A stretch of 61,447 nucleotides of DNA, counting the filler. It is 4 parts of 4 records of this genome, joined end to end, with 100 filler letters (N's around TTAATTAATTAA, not from the genome) between each part and the next. Parts side by side here need not be neighbours in the genome. Positions count along the whole stretch, not along the records: positions 48,184 to 61,447 come from DRR723986_10738; 3 more parts are not named here. The stretch is one strand, 5' to 3'. A program made the translations under genes and the position numbers. Below the pieces are notes generated by a model. The model worked only from the letters and a program-made list of their open reading frames with translations, had not been told where the DNA came from and did no database searches. Below, one piece after another: positions 48,184 through 57,677 of this stretch (within the stretch, counting starts at the first letter, position 1; each line of letters opens with the position of its first letter).

Positions 48184-48813
48184 GATCTTCATCCGGATCT
48201 GGTTGATGAAGATCACCATGCATTTCGACTTGGAGATCGAACCCGTCAGCTTGCGCAGGGCCTGGCTCATCAAGCGGGCCTGCAGGCCAGGCAGCGAGTC
48301 ACCCATTTCACCTTCCAGTTCGGCGCGCGGCGTGAGGGCCGCCACGGAGTCGATGACCAGAAGGTCCACCGCGCCGGAGCGCACCAGCGTGTCGGCGATT
48401 TCAAGCGCCTGCTCACCCGTGTCCGGCTGGGAAATCAGGAGATCGTCCAGATCCACACCCAGCTTGGCAGCATAGACCGGATCCAGCGCGTGTTCGGCGT
48501 CGATAAAGGCGCAAACGCCGCCATTCTTCTGCGCTTCTGCCACGCTGTGCAGCGACAGCGTCGTCTTGCCCGAGCTTTCCGGGCCGTAGATTTCAATGAT
48601 GCGGCCTTTCGGCAGGCCGCCAATGCCGAGCGCGATGTCCAGACCGAGCGAGCCCGTGGAGACGGCCTCGACATCCATGGCCTTCTTATCGCCGAGGCGC
48701 ATGACCGAGCCCTTGCCAAAGGACCGTTCAATATTGCTGAGCGCCGTTTCGAGAGCCTTCTGCTTGTCCACGCCGGTTTCCTTGTCCACGAGTTGCAGCG
48801 CTGGTTTCGCCAT
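48184..48813 (-). CDS. recA: Recombinase A (3'-truncated at contig end)
   Basis: [53 protein letters not shown]. Confidence 0.99.
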
Positions 48814-48883
48814 GAGTCGTCTCCTTTGGTCCACTATGGGGGTGTTTTTGGCAAGGCCCCCGGTCGCCTCATCTGAATCGCGT

Positions 48884-48917
48884 GTACCACGTTTGTTCCG
48901 CGGAACAAACAGGAAAC
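48884..48917. promoter_or_regulatory. Alphaproteobacterial LexA (SOS) boxes upstream of recA
   Basis: GTAC-N7-GTTC (48884-48898) and the inverted GAAC-N7-AAAC (48903-48917) fit the GTTC-N7-GTTC consensus. Confidence 0.8.
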
Positions 48918-48957
48918 TTCCTGCAGGCTGCTCTTTTCTTTCGAGCGGCTTTCAGGC

Positions 48958-49182
48958 ATGCTCCTGCCCATGCTTAAACGATCCAGCCAACCCGCCGGCG
49001 AAGCCCGCCTCCGCTATCTCGATGCCGACATCGAAGTGCTCGCACCGGGCGATTACGTCGTCTGCGCTGTCACCAACCGGAAAATCCCGGTCCAGGCCTT
49101 GCGCTATTGGAGCGTCGACCGGCAGGAAGCCTATTGGGATGCGGACGCCGCCTCATCCCGCATGGTTCCGGCGAAAGACTGA
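48958..49182 (+). CDS. DUF2093 family protein
   Basis: EARLRYLD, PGDYVVCAVT, LRYWSVDRQEAY. Start may be 48970. Confidence 0.88.
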   Translation: MLLPMLKRSSQPAGEARLRYLDADIEVLAPGDYVVCAVTNRKIPVQALRYWSVDRQEAYWDADAASSRMVPAKD

Positions 49183-49189
49183 CGCACGC

Positions 49190-50092
49190 ATGATGCGTGA
49201 CATGCTCCTGATGGTGGTGATGTGCACAGGTGCGTGCCTCGCTGCGCCGATGGCCGGAGCCGAAACAGCCGTCACTCCTCCTCCGATACCCCAGGAAATT
49301 TGCGATGGTGCGCTGACACAGGGCGGGCTCGTCATCTGTCATGGCGCGCCGGGCACAGTGTTCACGGTTGCGGGCCGGAAATTGACCGCCGGAAAATCCG
49401 GCTCCGCCCAATTCGGCATCGCCACCGACGCGCCTTCGGTGATCGGCTGGTCATCGGACACAGGCGCGTTCGGCGACCTGGCCATCGAAAAGCGCCATGA
49501 CGATTTCCGCACGATCAAGGGCTTTGACTGCGACAAGGTCGATGCGCGCAGCGAAGAACAAAAAGCCCATGCCGCCCGCTCATGGGTGAAGAAGCAGGAT
49601 GCGTTCGCGACGTTCAATGACGGTCCCGGCGCCCTGACGGGCTTTATAAAACCCGCCGACGCACCGGCCTCATCGCCCTTCGGTCCGACGCGGAAATATA
49701 TCGGCGTCAGCAAGGTGACCGGCGAGCCGTGCGAATCCGTCTCCGTCCATCGGGGCTATGACATGGCCGCACCGGTCGGCACGCCAATCGTGGCCCCGGC
49801 CGCCGGCACCGTGATCCTCGCCGATCCCGACCTCTACTATGAAGGCGGCGCGATCTTCCTCGACCATGGCCATGGCCTCGTCTCGGTGTTCATGCACCTG
49901 TGGGAAGTGGACGTGAAAGCGGGCGACACGGTCGAGCGCGGTGACCTGTTGGCGAAATCCGGCAATACCGGCCGCACCACGGGTCCGCACCTGCACTGGG
50001 CCGTGAAGTGGCGCAATCCGGAAGCGAGCAACCGGGGCGGCGATTTCTATATCGACCCGGCCCTGTTGCTGGACCTGCCGGTCACCGACTAG
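49190..50092 (+). CDS. M23 family metallopeptidase
   Basis: Signal peptide, QGGL, HRGYD, LDHGHG, FMHL, TGRTTGPHLHW. Confidence 0.93.
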   Translation: MMRDMLLMVVMCTGACLAAPMAGAETAVTPPPIPQEICDGALTQGGLVICHGAPGTVFTVAGRKLTAGKSGSAQFGIATDAPSVIGWSSDTGAFGDLAIEKRHDDFRTIKGFDCDKVDARSEEQKAHAARSWVKKQDAFATFNDGPGALTGFIKPADAPASSPFGPTRKYIGVSKVTGEPCESVSVHRGYDMAAPVGTPIVAPAAGTVILADPDLYYEGGAIFLDHGHGLVSVFMHLWEVDVKAGDTVERGDLLAKSGNTGRTTGPHLHWAVKWRNPEASNRGGDFYIDPALLLDLPVTD

Positions 50093-51447
50093 GCCGACAG
50101 CCCTTCCGCCTGAAGCAATTCTGCAAATGCCAGCGTCGTGCGGTCTTCATAGAGATTGCCGACCACCTGCATGCCTGTCGGCAGCCCCTCTGACGTGCGT
50201 GCCAGCGGTACGGCCGTCGACGGCAGGCCGGGAAAAGTCGCCAGCCCCGCCCACATCAGCTGCGTCGCGTAAGGCACGGCCTGCCCGTTCGCGATCACTG
50301 ACCGCTTGCTCCAGTCCGGTTCGTCCGTATGCGGGAATGCTGCTGTGCTGAAGGCGGGTGACAGGACAAGATCGATGTTGCGAAAAATATTCGCCCATTG
50401 GCGCTGAAGATTCAGCTGGGCATCCAGCAGGTTCATGTAGGTGTGCGCATCAATGGGCCGGGCGTCGGGCGTGCCGCGCATGATAGCCGTGTTCAGCAGT
50501 CGCAGATAGTCTTCATGCACGCTGGCAAAGTCCGGCAGGCCATGAGCCATACGGATAACCGTGACGCCGAGTTTCTCCAGAACGTCCGCGAGCGTTTCAA
50601 TCGGGGTGGCGACTTCGTCATCGACCAGCGGCATGTCGTCTACCGATAGGATGAGTATACGAAACGCCTTCAACGACTTGTGCCGGGCCGCAGGCAGGTC
50701 CAGCTTCCAGCCGGTGTTCAGGGATCCGGCGACGACCTCCAGCGCCGCTGTCAGGTCCGCCGCGCTGCGCGCCATCGGACCAACCACCGCCAGTGGCACA
50801 TCTACACCATCCGTACCCGGTACGTTATGCCCCTTCAACGGCACGATGCCATAGGTCGGTTTGTGTCCCCATACGCCGCAGAAGTTTGAGGGGAAGCGGA
50901 TCGACCCACCGATGTCCGAGCCAAGCTCCAGCGGCACCATGCCGGAGGCAAGCGCCGCGGCTGATCCGCCGGAAGACCCGCCCGGCGTACGGCTGTGGTC
51001 GTAGGGATTTACCGTGCGGCCATAAACCGGGTTCACACTCTGCCAGTCCGCCAGCGCGACTGGCACGTTCGTCTTGCCGAGGATTACGGCGCCTGCCGCC
51101 TTCAGCCGGGCGACGGGTGGCGAATCTTCCTGCGGCTGGAAATTCGCGAACATTTCGAAACCCCAGGTCGTCGGCAGGCCCGCGACATCATTGGCTTCCT
51201 TCACCGTCATCGGCACACCCAGCAATGGCCGGGCGTCGTCCGCTGTACGGCTTTCATCCACGGTCTTTGCGGCGGCGCGCGCACGGTCATAGTCCTTGAC
51301 GACCACGGCGTTCAGTGGGCCGTTCTTTGCCTCGATCCGCTCGATGGCCGCCTCGCAGGCCTCTACCGCACTGATTTGACCACTTCGAACCAGCGCAGCT
51401 GTGTCCAGCGCTGTGGCAGTTTCCAGATTCGTGTTTCCGCTGGCCAT
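50089..51447 (-). CDS. Amidase signature family protein
   Basis: GVPMTVKE, GKTNVP, GGSSGGSAAA, GSDIGGSIR. GGAGG RBS. Confidence 0.95.
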   Translation of the reverse strand: MASGNTNLETATALDTAALVRSGQISAVEACEAAIERIEAKNGPLNAVVVKDYDRARAAAKTVDESRTADDARPLLGVPMTVKEANDVAGLPTTWGFEMFANFQPQEDSPPVARLKAAGAVILGKTNVPVALADWQSVNPVYGRTVNPYDHSRTPGGSSGGSAAALASGMVPLELGSDIGGSIRFPSNFCGVWGHKPTYGIVPLKGHNVPGTDGVDVPLAVVGPMARSAADLTAALEVVAGSLNTGWKLDLPAARHKSLKAFRILILSVDDMPLVDDEVATPIETLADVLEKLGVTVIRMAHGLPDFASVHEDYLRLLNTAIMRGTPDARPIDAHTYMNLLDAQLNLQRQWANIFRNIDLVLSPAFSTAAFPHTDEPDWSKRSVIANGQAVPYATQLMWAGLATFPGLPSTAVPLARTSEGLPTGMQVVGNLYEDRTTLAFAELLQAEGLSA

Positions 51448-51599
51448 TCCGTGCCCTCCCGGCCCTTGACTATGCACTTCGCAAGCGGAAGGCTCTTTTT
51501 GAGATTGGTTCTCATCAACTTTAACATGGTGATCGGATGGCGCCATGCCAAAGTCGATGAGGCCAAAACCAGAAGGTTCGGACGGAAGGGGGCCGCGCC

Positions 51600-52406
51600 G
51601 TGAACAAAATAGCCAGCGCCGTACGCGCATGGATCGAACGCGCGATTGCGGCCGCACCCGAAGGCCATGTACCGCTGTTGATGCTGTCCGGTCCGCAAGG
51701 GGCCGGTAAATCGACGGCACTGGCAAAAGCGACGGAAATGATATCCCTGCCTATTGCCGGTGCGAGCATAGACGATTTCTACCTGACCCACGCCGAACGG
51801 ATGGAACTCGCCCGCCGTATAAGCCCCCTGTTCATGACGCGCGGACCGCCAGGCACGCACGATCTCACGCTTTTGGCCAAGACGGTCTCCACCTTGCGTT
51901 CGGCCGTCGGCGAAACGGAAACCCTCCTGCCGGTGTTCAACAAGCTGAAGGATGACCGCACGCCTGTGTCTGACTGGAACAGTTTCACCGGACGCCCGGC
52001 TGCCATCGTGATCGAAGGCTGGCTGATGGGGGCGCTGCCCGATGCCCGCGCGGCCATGGATGCACCGCTTAACCCGGTCGAGGCGGAAGACCGTACAGGC
52101 GACTGGCGGCGGTATCAGGAGACCGCACTCGCCGGCGCCTATTGCGACCTGTGGAACGCAGCGGACGGCTTCTGCCATATCGTGCCGCCGGACTTTGACT
52201 GCGTCCTCGGCTGGCGCCTTCAGCAGGAGGCCGGACTGTGGGCAGCCCGCGGCGAACCGATGCCGGACGAACGGCGCGATTGGGTCCGCCGCTTTGTCGA
52301 ACACTACGAGCGCCTTACCCGGCGCATGCTGGCGGGCGGTCGGCGTCCTGGCGCGGAGATCCATATCGACGAAGACCGGAAGGTCGTCAGAAATTCTGCT
52401 GGCTGA
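51600..52406 (+). CDS. P-loop kinase, D-glycerate 3-kinase (GLYK)-like
   Basis: SGPQGAGKST, SIDDFYL, RGPPGTHD, IEGW, WRLQQE, FVEHYERLT. Confidence 0.85.
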   Translation: MNKIASAVRAWIERAIAAAPEGHVPLLMLSGPQGAGKSTALAKATEMISLPIAGASIDDFYLTHAERMELARRISPLFMTRGPPGTHDLTLLAKTVSTLRSAVGETETLLPVFNKLKDDRTPVSDWNSFTGRPAAIVIEGWLMGALPDARAAMDAPLNPVEAEDRTGDWRRYQETALAGAYCDLWNAADGFCHIVPPDFDCVLGWRLQQEAGLWAARGEPMPDERRDWVRRFVEHYERLTRRMLAGGRRPGAEIHIDEDRKVVRNSAG

Positions 52407-53001
52407 ACACTTTCCGCATCATCAGGGCGGCCACCGGGAAGACCACCGCATAGCCGAGAATGCCAATATTGCGCACCTGCATGTCGCCCGTCGCAACGCC
52501 GAGCAGACCCAGCAGGGACAGGACGCCGGAGGCCAGCAACACCCGCCCCGTCCACAGCGACAATCCCGGAGTCCGGAATACGCGCGAGGCGCTCAGCACC
52601 GACAGGGCGAAGAAGACATCCCATGCCAGAATGTCCGCCGCGTAAGCCGCCGATGGCCAGCGGAAGGCAAACACACTTTCCCAGTTTCCCGGCAGATCAC
52701 GGCTGATGGTGAGGATCAGGAAATGGACGAGGGAGCTGACTGCTGCGCACATGGCCATGAACACCAGAGCACAGAGGCTGAAAAGCTTTTGCGTCTGCGG
52801 TGCGGCTGAATGCAAGGCCGCCATCAGGATCACAAGGAGCGGTGCGATCAGCAGGATCAGGAGTTCCATCGCCGTGAAATACGGGTCTGGAATCGGCGCC
52901 TCCGCCGAGGGAAGCGCCGCCAGTCCTGCGGCCAGCACGATGGCATAGGCCAGCTGCAGGGCAACGATCAATCCGGCCGCCAGACGACCGGCCCGGTTCA
53001 T
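52387..53001 (-). CDS. Hypothetical multi-pass membrane protein
   Basis: About six hydrophobic segments; ATGA coupling to qor. Confidence 0.75.
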   Translation of the reverse strand: MNRAGRLAAGLIVALQLAYAIVLAAGLAALPSAEAPIPDPYFTAMELLILLIAPLLVILMAALHSAAPQTQKLFSLCALVFMAMCAAVSSLVHFLILTISRDLPGNWESVFAFRWPSAAYAADILAWDVFFALSVLSASRVFRTPGLSLWTGRVLLASGVLSLLGLLGVATGDMQVRNIGILGYAVVFPVAALMMRKVFSQQNF

Positions 53002-53969
53002 GGCATCAGGACCGTGGCGCCGGTGGTCTTGCCGCTTTCGAGGGCTTCGTGCGCCTTGCCGGCTTCCTTCATGTAGAAGCGCTGGCCGATGTCGGCGCCG
53101 AAGGTGCCGGTCTTCATGGCGGCAAACAGATGGTGTGCGCCGCGGGCCAGGTCTTCCGGAGACTCGATGAAGCTGAACAGGGACGGCCGGGTCAGGATCA
53201 GCGACCCGCCGGCGGCCAGACGTCCCGGCGGCATCGGGTCTGCCGCGCCTGACGCGTTGCCATAGGAAATCATCCAGCCGCGCTTCTTCAGGCTGGACAG
53301 CGACGCTTCGAAGCTGCGCTTACCGACACTGTCGAGCGAGACATCGACGCCGACACCGCCCGTCAGTTCACGAACTTTCTTTGCGACATCCTCGTAGCCG
53401 ACGATCGTATCGCTCGCGCCCAGCTCTTCAGCTTTCTCGGCCTTCTCCGGTGTCGAGGTGACCGCGATCACGCGCGCGCCAAGGCTGGCGGCCCATGGCG
53501 TCAGGACACTGCCAACACCGCCGACGGGCGCCCAGACAAGGACTGTGTCCCGGTCGCTGATCGGGCGGATCTCGAACAGCAGCATCCAGGCGGTCAGGCC
53601 TTTCAGCAGGACAGCGGCGCCGTCCTCTTCCGAAATCCCGTCCGGCAGTTTCACCATGCGGACGGCGGGACCGGTGAAGTGCGTCGCGTAAGTCCCGGCG
53701 CCGAGATAGGCGACGCGATCACCCGGTTTTACATTGGTAACACCCTCGCCGACAGCCTCCACCGTGCCGGCCCCTTCGGAACCCTGCACGAAGGGCAGTT
53801 TCACCGGATAGAGCCCGGTGCGGTAATAGGTGTCGATGAAATTGAGGCCGGAGGCCGCCTGTTTGACCAGCGCTTCGCCGGGGCTCGGCTGGCGTGGTTC
53901 GAAATGCTCCACCTTCAGCACGTCCGTGCCGCCGGTTTCGTGCATGATGATCCGGTAAGGCTCGTGCAT
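52998..53969 (-). CDS. qor: NADPH:quinone oxidoreductase (zeta-crystallin/MDR family)
   Basis: GLNFIDTYYRTGLY, GSEGAG, LKGLTA, GGVG, YGNASG, LTRPSL. Confidence 0.93.
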   Translation of the reverse strand: MHEPYRIIMHETGGTDVLKVEHFEPRQPSPGEALVKQAASGLNFIDTYYRTGLYPVKLPFVQGSEGAGTVEAVGEGVTNVKPGDRVAYLGAGTYATHFTGPAVRMVKLPDGISEEDGAAVLLKGLTAWMLLFEIRPISDRDTVLVWAPVGGVGSVLTPWAASLGARVIAVTSTPEKAEKAEELGASDTIVGYEDVAKKVRELTGGVGVDVSLDSVGKRSFEASLSSLKKRGWMISYGNASGAADPMPPGRLAAGGSLILTRPSLFSFIESPEDLARGAHHLFAAMKTGTFGADIGQRFYMKEAGKAHEALESGKTTGATVLMP

Positions 53970-53970
53970 G

Positions 53971-54747
53971 TCAGTGTCCTCCAGCTTTTGGCGCCTGTTT
54001 CCGTGCCTGAATGTTGAGCAGCTCCACCGCCAGCGAGAATGCAATAGCAAAGTAGAGATAGCCCCTCGGAATATGGAAGCCGAGACCGTCGGCCACAAGC
54101 GCCACCCCGACAAGAAGGATGAACGCCAGCGCGAGCATCTTGGTCGTCGGGTGGTCTGCAATGAAATTTGCCAGGGGGGTGGCGGCGACGGCCATGACAA
54201 AGGTCGACAGGACGACGCCCCCGATCATCACCGGCAGCAGGTCCGTCATGCCGATAGCGGTGATCACACTGTCCAGCGAGAAGACGATGTTGATCACGAA
54301 CAGCTGGATGACCACACTGCTGAAGCTGCTCTGCGCCGTCGTTTCTTCATGGCCAGTGCCCTCGACGGCGGAGTGGATTTCCTGCGTGCCTTTCCACAGA
54401 AGGAACAGGCCGCCGCCGAACAGGATGAGGTCCTTCAGCGTTACTTCTTCGACGTGATGCATGACCTCCGTGCTGCCGTTTGCCACAAAGACGGCCAGCG
54501 CATGCGGCAGGTGGAACAGGGGCGATTTGTCGAGCTGCAGGATCCAGAAGATCAGGCCCAGCATCGTGATGCGCAGCACCATGGCACCCCAGACGCCGAT
54601 GCGGGTGGCCGTCTGCTTCTGGTCCCCCTTCAGCTTACCGGTCGCGATGGACACGAACAGCAGATTGTCGATGCCCAAAATGATTTCCAGGAAGGTTAGG
54701 GTGGCAAGGCTGCCCCAGAAGGCCGGTGAAGCGAGTAATTCGGTCAT
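53971..54747 (-). CDS. TerC family membrane protein (YegH/YkoY-like)
   Basis: LEIILGIDN, GGLFLLWKGT.EI, VFSLDSVITAIG, HPTTKMLAL, GYLYFAIAFS. Confidence 0.93.
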   Translation of the reverse strand: MTELLASPAFWGSLATLTFLEIILGIDNLLFVSIATGKLKGDQKQTATRIGVWGAMVLRITMLGLIFWILQLDKSPLFHLPHALAVFVANGSTEVMHHVEEVTLKDLILFGGGLFLLWKGTQEIHSAVEGTGHEETTAQSSFSSVVIQLFVINIVFSLDSVITAIGMTDLLPVMIGGVVLSTFVMAVAATPLANFIADHPTTKMLALAFILLVGVALVADGLGFHIPRGYLYFAIAFSLAVELLNIQARKQAPKAGGH

Positions 54748-54837
54748 GGGATTGGTCTCCGGAGGTAGCCGCCGTTCGCGGCAGTTGAACCGTGCTGCGC
54801 GGTGGAGCGCAAGCCCGACTCGCGATCTGTTCGGCCC

Positions 54838-55422
54838 ATGGACCTGTTCGGAAACCTGACTTGCGGCGTGGATGAAGCTGGCCGTGGCCCTTGGGCGGGG
54901 CCCGTGACGGCAGCAGCCGTGATCCTTGATCCTGCCCAGCCGATCGAAGGCTTGACGGATTCAAAGAAATTGTCCGAAGCAAAGCGCGAAGCCCTCGCTC
55001 CGCTGATCCGCGAACGGGCGATGGCCTGGTGCGTAGCGCATGCCAGCGTCGAGGAGATCGACCGGCTGAACATCCGAGAGGCGACCTTCCTCGCCATGCG
55101 GCGCGCGGTAGAAGGATTGCAGCACGCGCCGTCCCTCGCGCTGATCGACGGCAACGCCCTGCCCGGCGGTCTCACCTGCGAAGCCCGCGCGATCGTGAAG
55201 GGCGATCTGAAAGAGCCTGCGATCTCCGCCGCGTCCATCCTCGCCAAGACCGTCCGTGACGCGTTGATGCAGGATCTGGACGCGGCGCATCCCGGCTATG
55301 GCCTTGCCAAGCACAAGGGCTATGGCACGGCAGCGCACGCCGAAGCGCTGACGCGTCTCGGCCCGGCGCCCTGCCACCGGATGAGCTTTGCCCCGGTGCG
55401 CAAGGCAAGCCTGTCAGCCTGA
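54838..55422 (+). CDS. rnhB: Ribonuclease HII
   Basis: [46 protein letters not shown]. Confidence 0.97.
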   Translation: MDLFGNLTCGVDEAGRGPWAGPVTAAAVILDPAQPIEGLTDSKKLSEAKREALAPLIRERAMAWCVAHASVEEIDRLNIREATFLAMRRAVEGLQHAPSLALIDGNALPGGLTCEARAIVKGDLKEPAISAASILAKTVRDALMQDLDAAHPGYGLAKHKGYGTAAHAEALTRLGPAPCHRMSFAPVRKASLSA

Positions 55423-55521
55423 CGCCCCGTCAGGCCTCCCCCGCGTCAGGGTTTGTCAGCCCTTAGCCTTCAAGGCATCTTCCATTCTGAAGGCCCGTCA
55501 GAGGCCGGATGGAGGAAACCG

Positions 55522-56769
55522 ATGATCTACGATCTTGTCATTGTGGGAGGCGGTATCGGCGGCAGCGCGCTGGCCACCGTCATGGCCCGGGCGGGGCAGA
55601 GCGTGCTGGTTCTGGAGAAATCCGAAGAATTCGAGGACCGCGTGCGCGGCGAATGGATTGCGCCCTGGGGCGTGGTGGAGACGAAACGCGTCGGCCTCTA
55701 CGACACGCTGATCGCGGCGGGCGGGCATCATCTGTCGGAACACATCACCTACGACGAAAGCCTGCCGCCGGAACTGTGCGAGGCTTCGCCCCTGCCGTTG
55801 AACATGCTGATCCCGGATATTCCGGGTCCGCTCTGCATCGGCCATCCGCATCATTGCCAGACGCTATACGATGGCGCGCACGCGGACGGCGCGACCTGCC
55901 TGCGGCCTGTGAACGTCGAGTCCGTCACGCTCGGAGAAGCGCCGTCTGTCACCTTCACGCATGACGGCAAGCAGCAAACGGTTGAAGCCCGACTGATCGT
56001 CGGCGCGGAAGGCCGGCAATCCATGGTGCGCGCCGCCGCGGGCATCCAGCTGTATCTGGACCGGCCGCACCACTGGTTCACCGGCCTTCTGGTCGAGAAC
56101 GTCGAAGGGTGGGACCCGAAGCGGCAGGCCATCGGCACGGAGGGCGGCTTCGGCTTCCTCGCTTTCCCGCAGGGCGACGGGCGCGTGCGGGTCTATGGCG
56201 GCTATGCGCTGGAAGAGAAAGGCCGCTTCGCGGGCGAAGACGGCCCTGCGCGGTTCCTTGAGGCATTCCGGATGGAATGTGCCCCACACAACGCCGCGCT
56301 CGCGGACGGAACACCCGCCGGGCCGCTCTACTCCTATTTCAACAATGACAGCTGGACGGACGAGCCGTTTGCGCCGGGCTGTGTGCTGATCGGGGATGCG
56401 GCAGGCTGGAACGATCCGATCAACGGGCTCGGCCTGTCGATCACCTATCGCGATGTGCGTATCGTGTCGGAGATCCTGAAGCAGACGCCGGAAGGCACAG
56501 CGCCTGATTTCAGCTCCTATGCCGAAGAGCGCGCAGAGCGCATGCGCCGGCTCCGCTTTGCGGGCCAGCTGCAGGCCATCCTCGATATGGAGTTCGGGGA
56601 AACGGCAAAAGCCCGGCGCCTGTCCTATCACACGCGGAAAGCCGAGGATCCGAGCCTCGGCATTCACGGTATCGCCATCATGGCCGGGCCAGAAACCGTG
56701 CCGCCTGAATTCTTCACCGAAGCCCACCGCGCCCGCGTGCTGGACGAAGCTACGGAGACCGTCGCATGA
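55522..56769 (+). CDS. FAD-dependent monooxygenase/oxidoreductase
   Basis: IVGGGIGG, VLEK, RVRGE, IVGAEGRQS, LIGDAAG..DP..GLGL. GGAGG RBS. Confidence 0.92.
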   Translation: MIYDLVIVGGGIGGSALATVMARAGQSVLVLEKSEEFEDRVRGEWIAPWGVVETKRVGLYDTLIAAGGHHLSEHITYDESLPPELCEASPLPLNMLIPDIPGPLCIGHPHHCQTLYDGAHADGATCLRPVNVESVTLGEAPSVTFTHDGKQQTVEARLIVGAEGRQSMVRAAAGIQLYLDRPHHWFTGLLVENVEGWDPKRQAIGTEGGFGFLAFPQGDGRVRVYGGYALEEKGRFAGEDGPARFLEAFRMECAPHNAALADGTPAGPLYSYFNNDSWTDEPFAPGCVLIGDAAGWNDPINGLGLSITYRDVRIVSEILKQTPEGTAPDFSSYAEERAERMRRLRFAGQLQAILDMEFGETAKARRLSYHTRKAEDPSLGIHGIAIMAGPETVPPEFFTEAHRARVLDEATETVA

Positions 56770-57128
56770 GTTTCAGCATCGATGGTTTCAATGCCGGCTG
56801 GCTGGATGCCTGGAGCCGCAAGGACGTGGACCGCCTCGTCGGCTTCTATTCGCCGGACACGGTCTACAAGGATCCGCAGACGGCGGGCGGCCTGCACGGC
56901 CGGGACGAGCTGCGGACCTATCTGACGGACCTCTTCGGCGCGACCCCGCCCATGGTCTACAAGCCGGACGAAACCTGGCCGATCCCCGGCGGCTATTGCG
57001 GCCGATGGTATTGCCATATCGGCGAAGGCGGCAAGGACGGCCTGATGCGGGGGTTTGACCTCGTTATCATCGAAGATGGCCTGATCACGCACAACGAAGT
57101 CTACGTTCACCAGATGCCTGAGGGTTAA
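56766..57128 (+). CDS. SnoaL-like / NTF2 family protein
   Basis: WLDAWSRKDVD, YSPDTVYKDP, GRDELR.Y, EDGLIT. ATGA overlap with the monooxygenase. Confidence 0.9.
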   Translation: MSFSIDGFNAGWLDAWSRKDVDRLVGFYSPDTVYKDPQTAGGLHGRDELRTYLTDLFGATPPMVYKPDETWPIPGGYCGRWYCHIGEGGKDGLMRGFDLVIIEDGLITHNEVYVHQMPEG

Positions 57129-57140
57129 CCGCCCATTAAC
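57125..57140 (+). promoter_or_regulatory. CtrA-binding consensus site
   Basis: TTAA-CCGCCCA-TTAAC exactly matches TTAA-N7-TTAAC, 40 nt upstream of the GIY-YIG start. Confidence 0.7.
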
Positions 57141-57180
57141 CGTCTCAGCCGAGCTTCGCGGAATCGACGTGGAGAGACCC

Positions 57181-57603
57181 ATGATCCTTTTGTTTGGCTG
57201 GCATACTTGGTGGGGCGAGTCCGGCCGGCCGTACCGATTCAATATTACGCTGACGCGCAAGGGCCTGCCGGATGAGGGCGGGATCTATATTTTCGTGCGC
57301 CGCCGCTTCGTGTTCTTCCTGGAGCCGCTCTATATCGGCAAAGCCACCAATTTCCGCTCCCGCCTGATCGGGCATGAGCGCTGGTGGGAAGCCTGGTGGA
57401 AGCGCGGGGCGACCGAACGCCATGTAATGGTTGTGAAAAAACCGACTGACCGGGCCCGCGTCGAGGAAGACCTGATCCGGAATTACCAGCCGCGGATGAA
57501 CGATATCCTGATCCCGCGCGGGGCGGACGATGCGCCAAACAACAAGCGCCTGCGCCGCTGGTGGAAGGTCAAACGCTGGTTCCGCCTGCCCTTTTTGACC
57601 TGA
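57181..57603 (+). CDS. Stand-alone GIY-YIG nuclease family protein
   Basis: GGIYIF, LYIGKA, RSRLIGH, VEEDLI, PRMN. GGAG RBS. Confidence 0.82.
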   Translation: MILLFGWHTWWGESGRPYRFNITLTRKGLPDEGGIYIFVRRRFVFFLEPLYIGKATNFRSRLIGHERWWEAWWKRGATERHVMVVKKPTDRARVEEDLIRNYQPRMNDILIPRGADDAPNNKRLRRWWKVKRWFRLPFLT

Positions 57604-57677
57604 TTACGCCGGACTATACCGGACTATCCCATGATCTCAGGCGGCTCCGGCCGCCTTTTTCATGACCACAAACGACC

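Noticed and set aside
48596-49189. N-terminal extension making the M23 protein 498 aa
   Set aside because: Overlaps recA and DUF2093; the signal peptide starts at 49190. Similar extensions of mmsA, ppx, qor, the amidase and the CBS gene were trimmed for the same reason.
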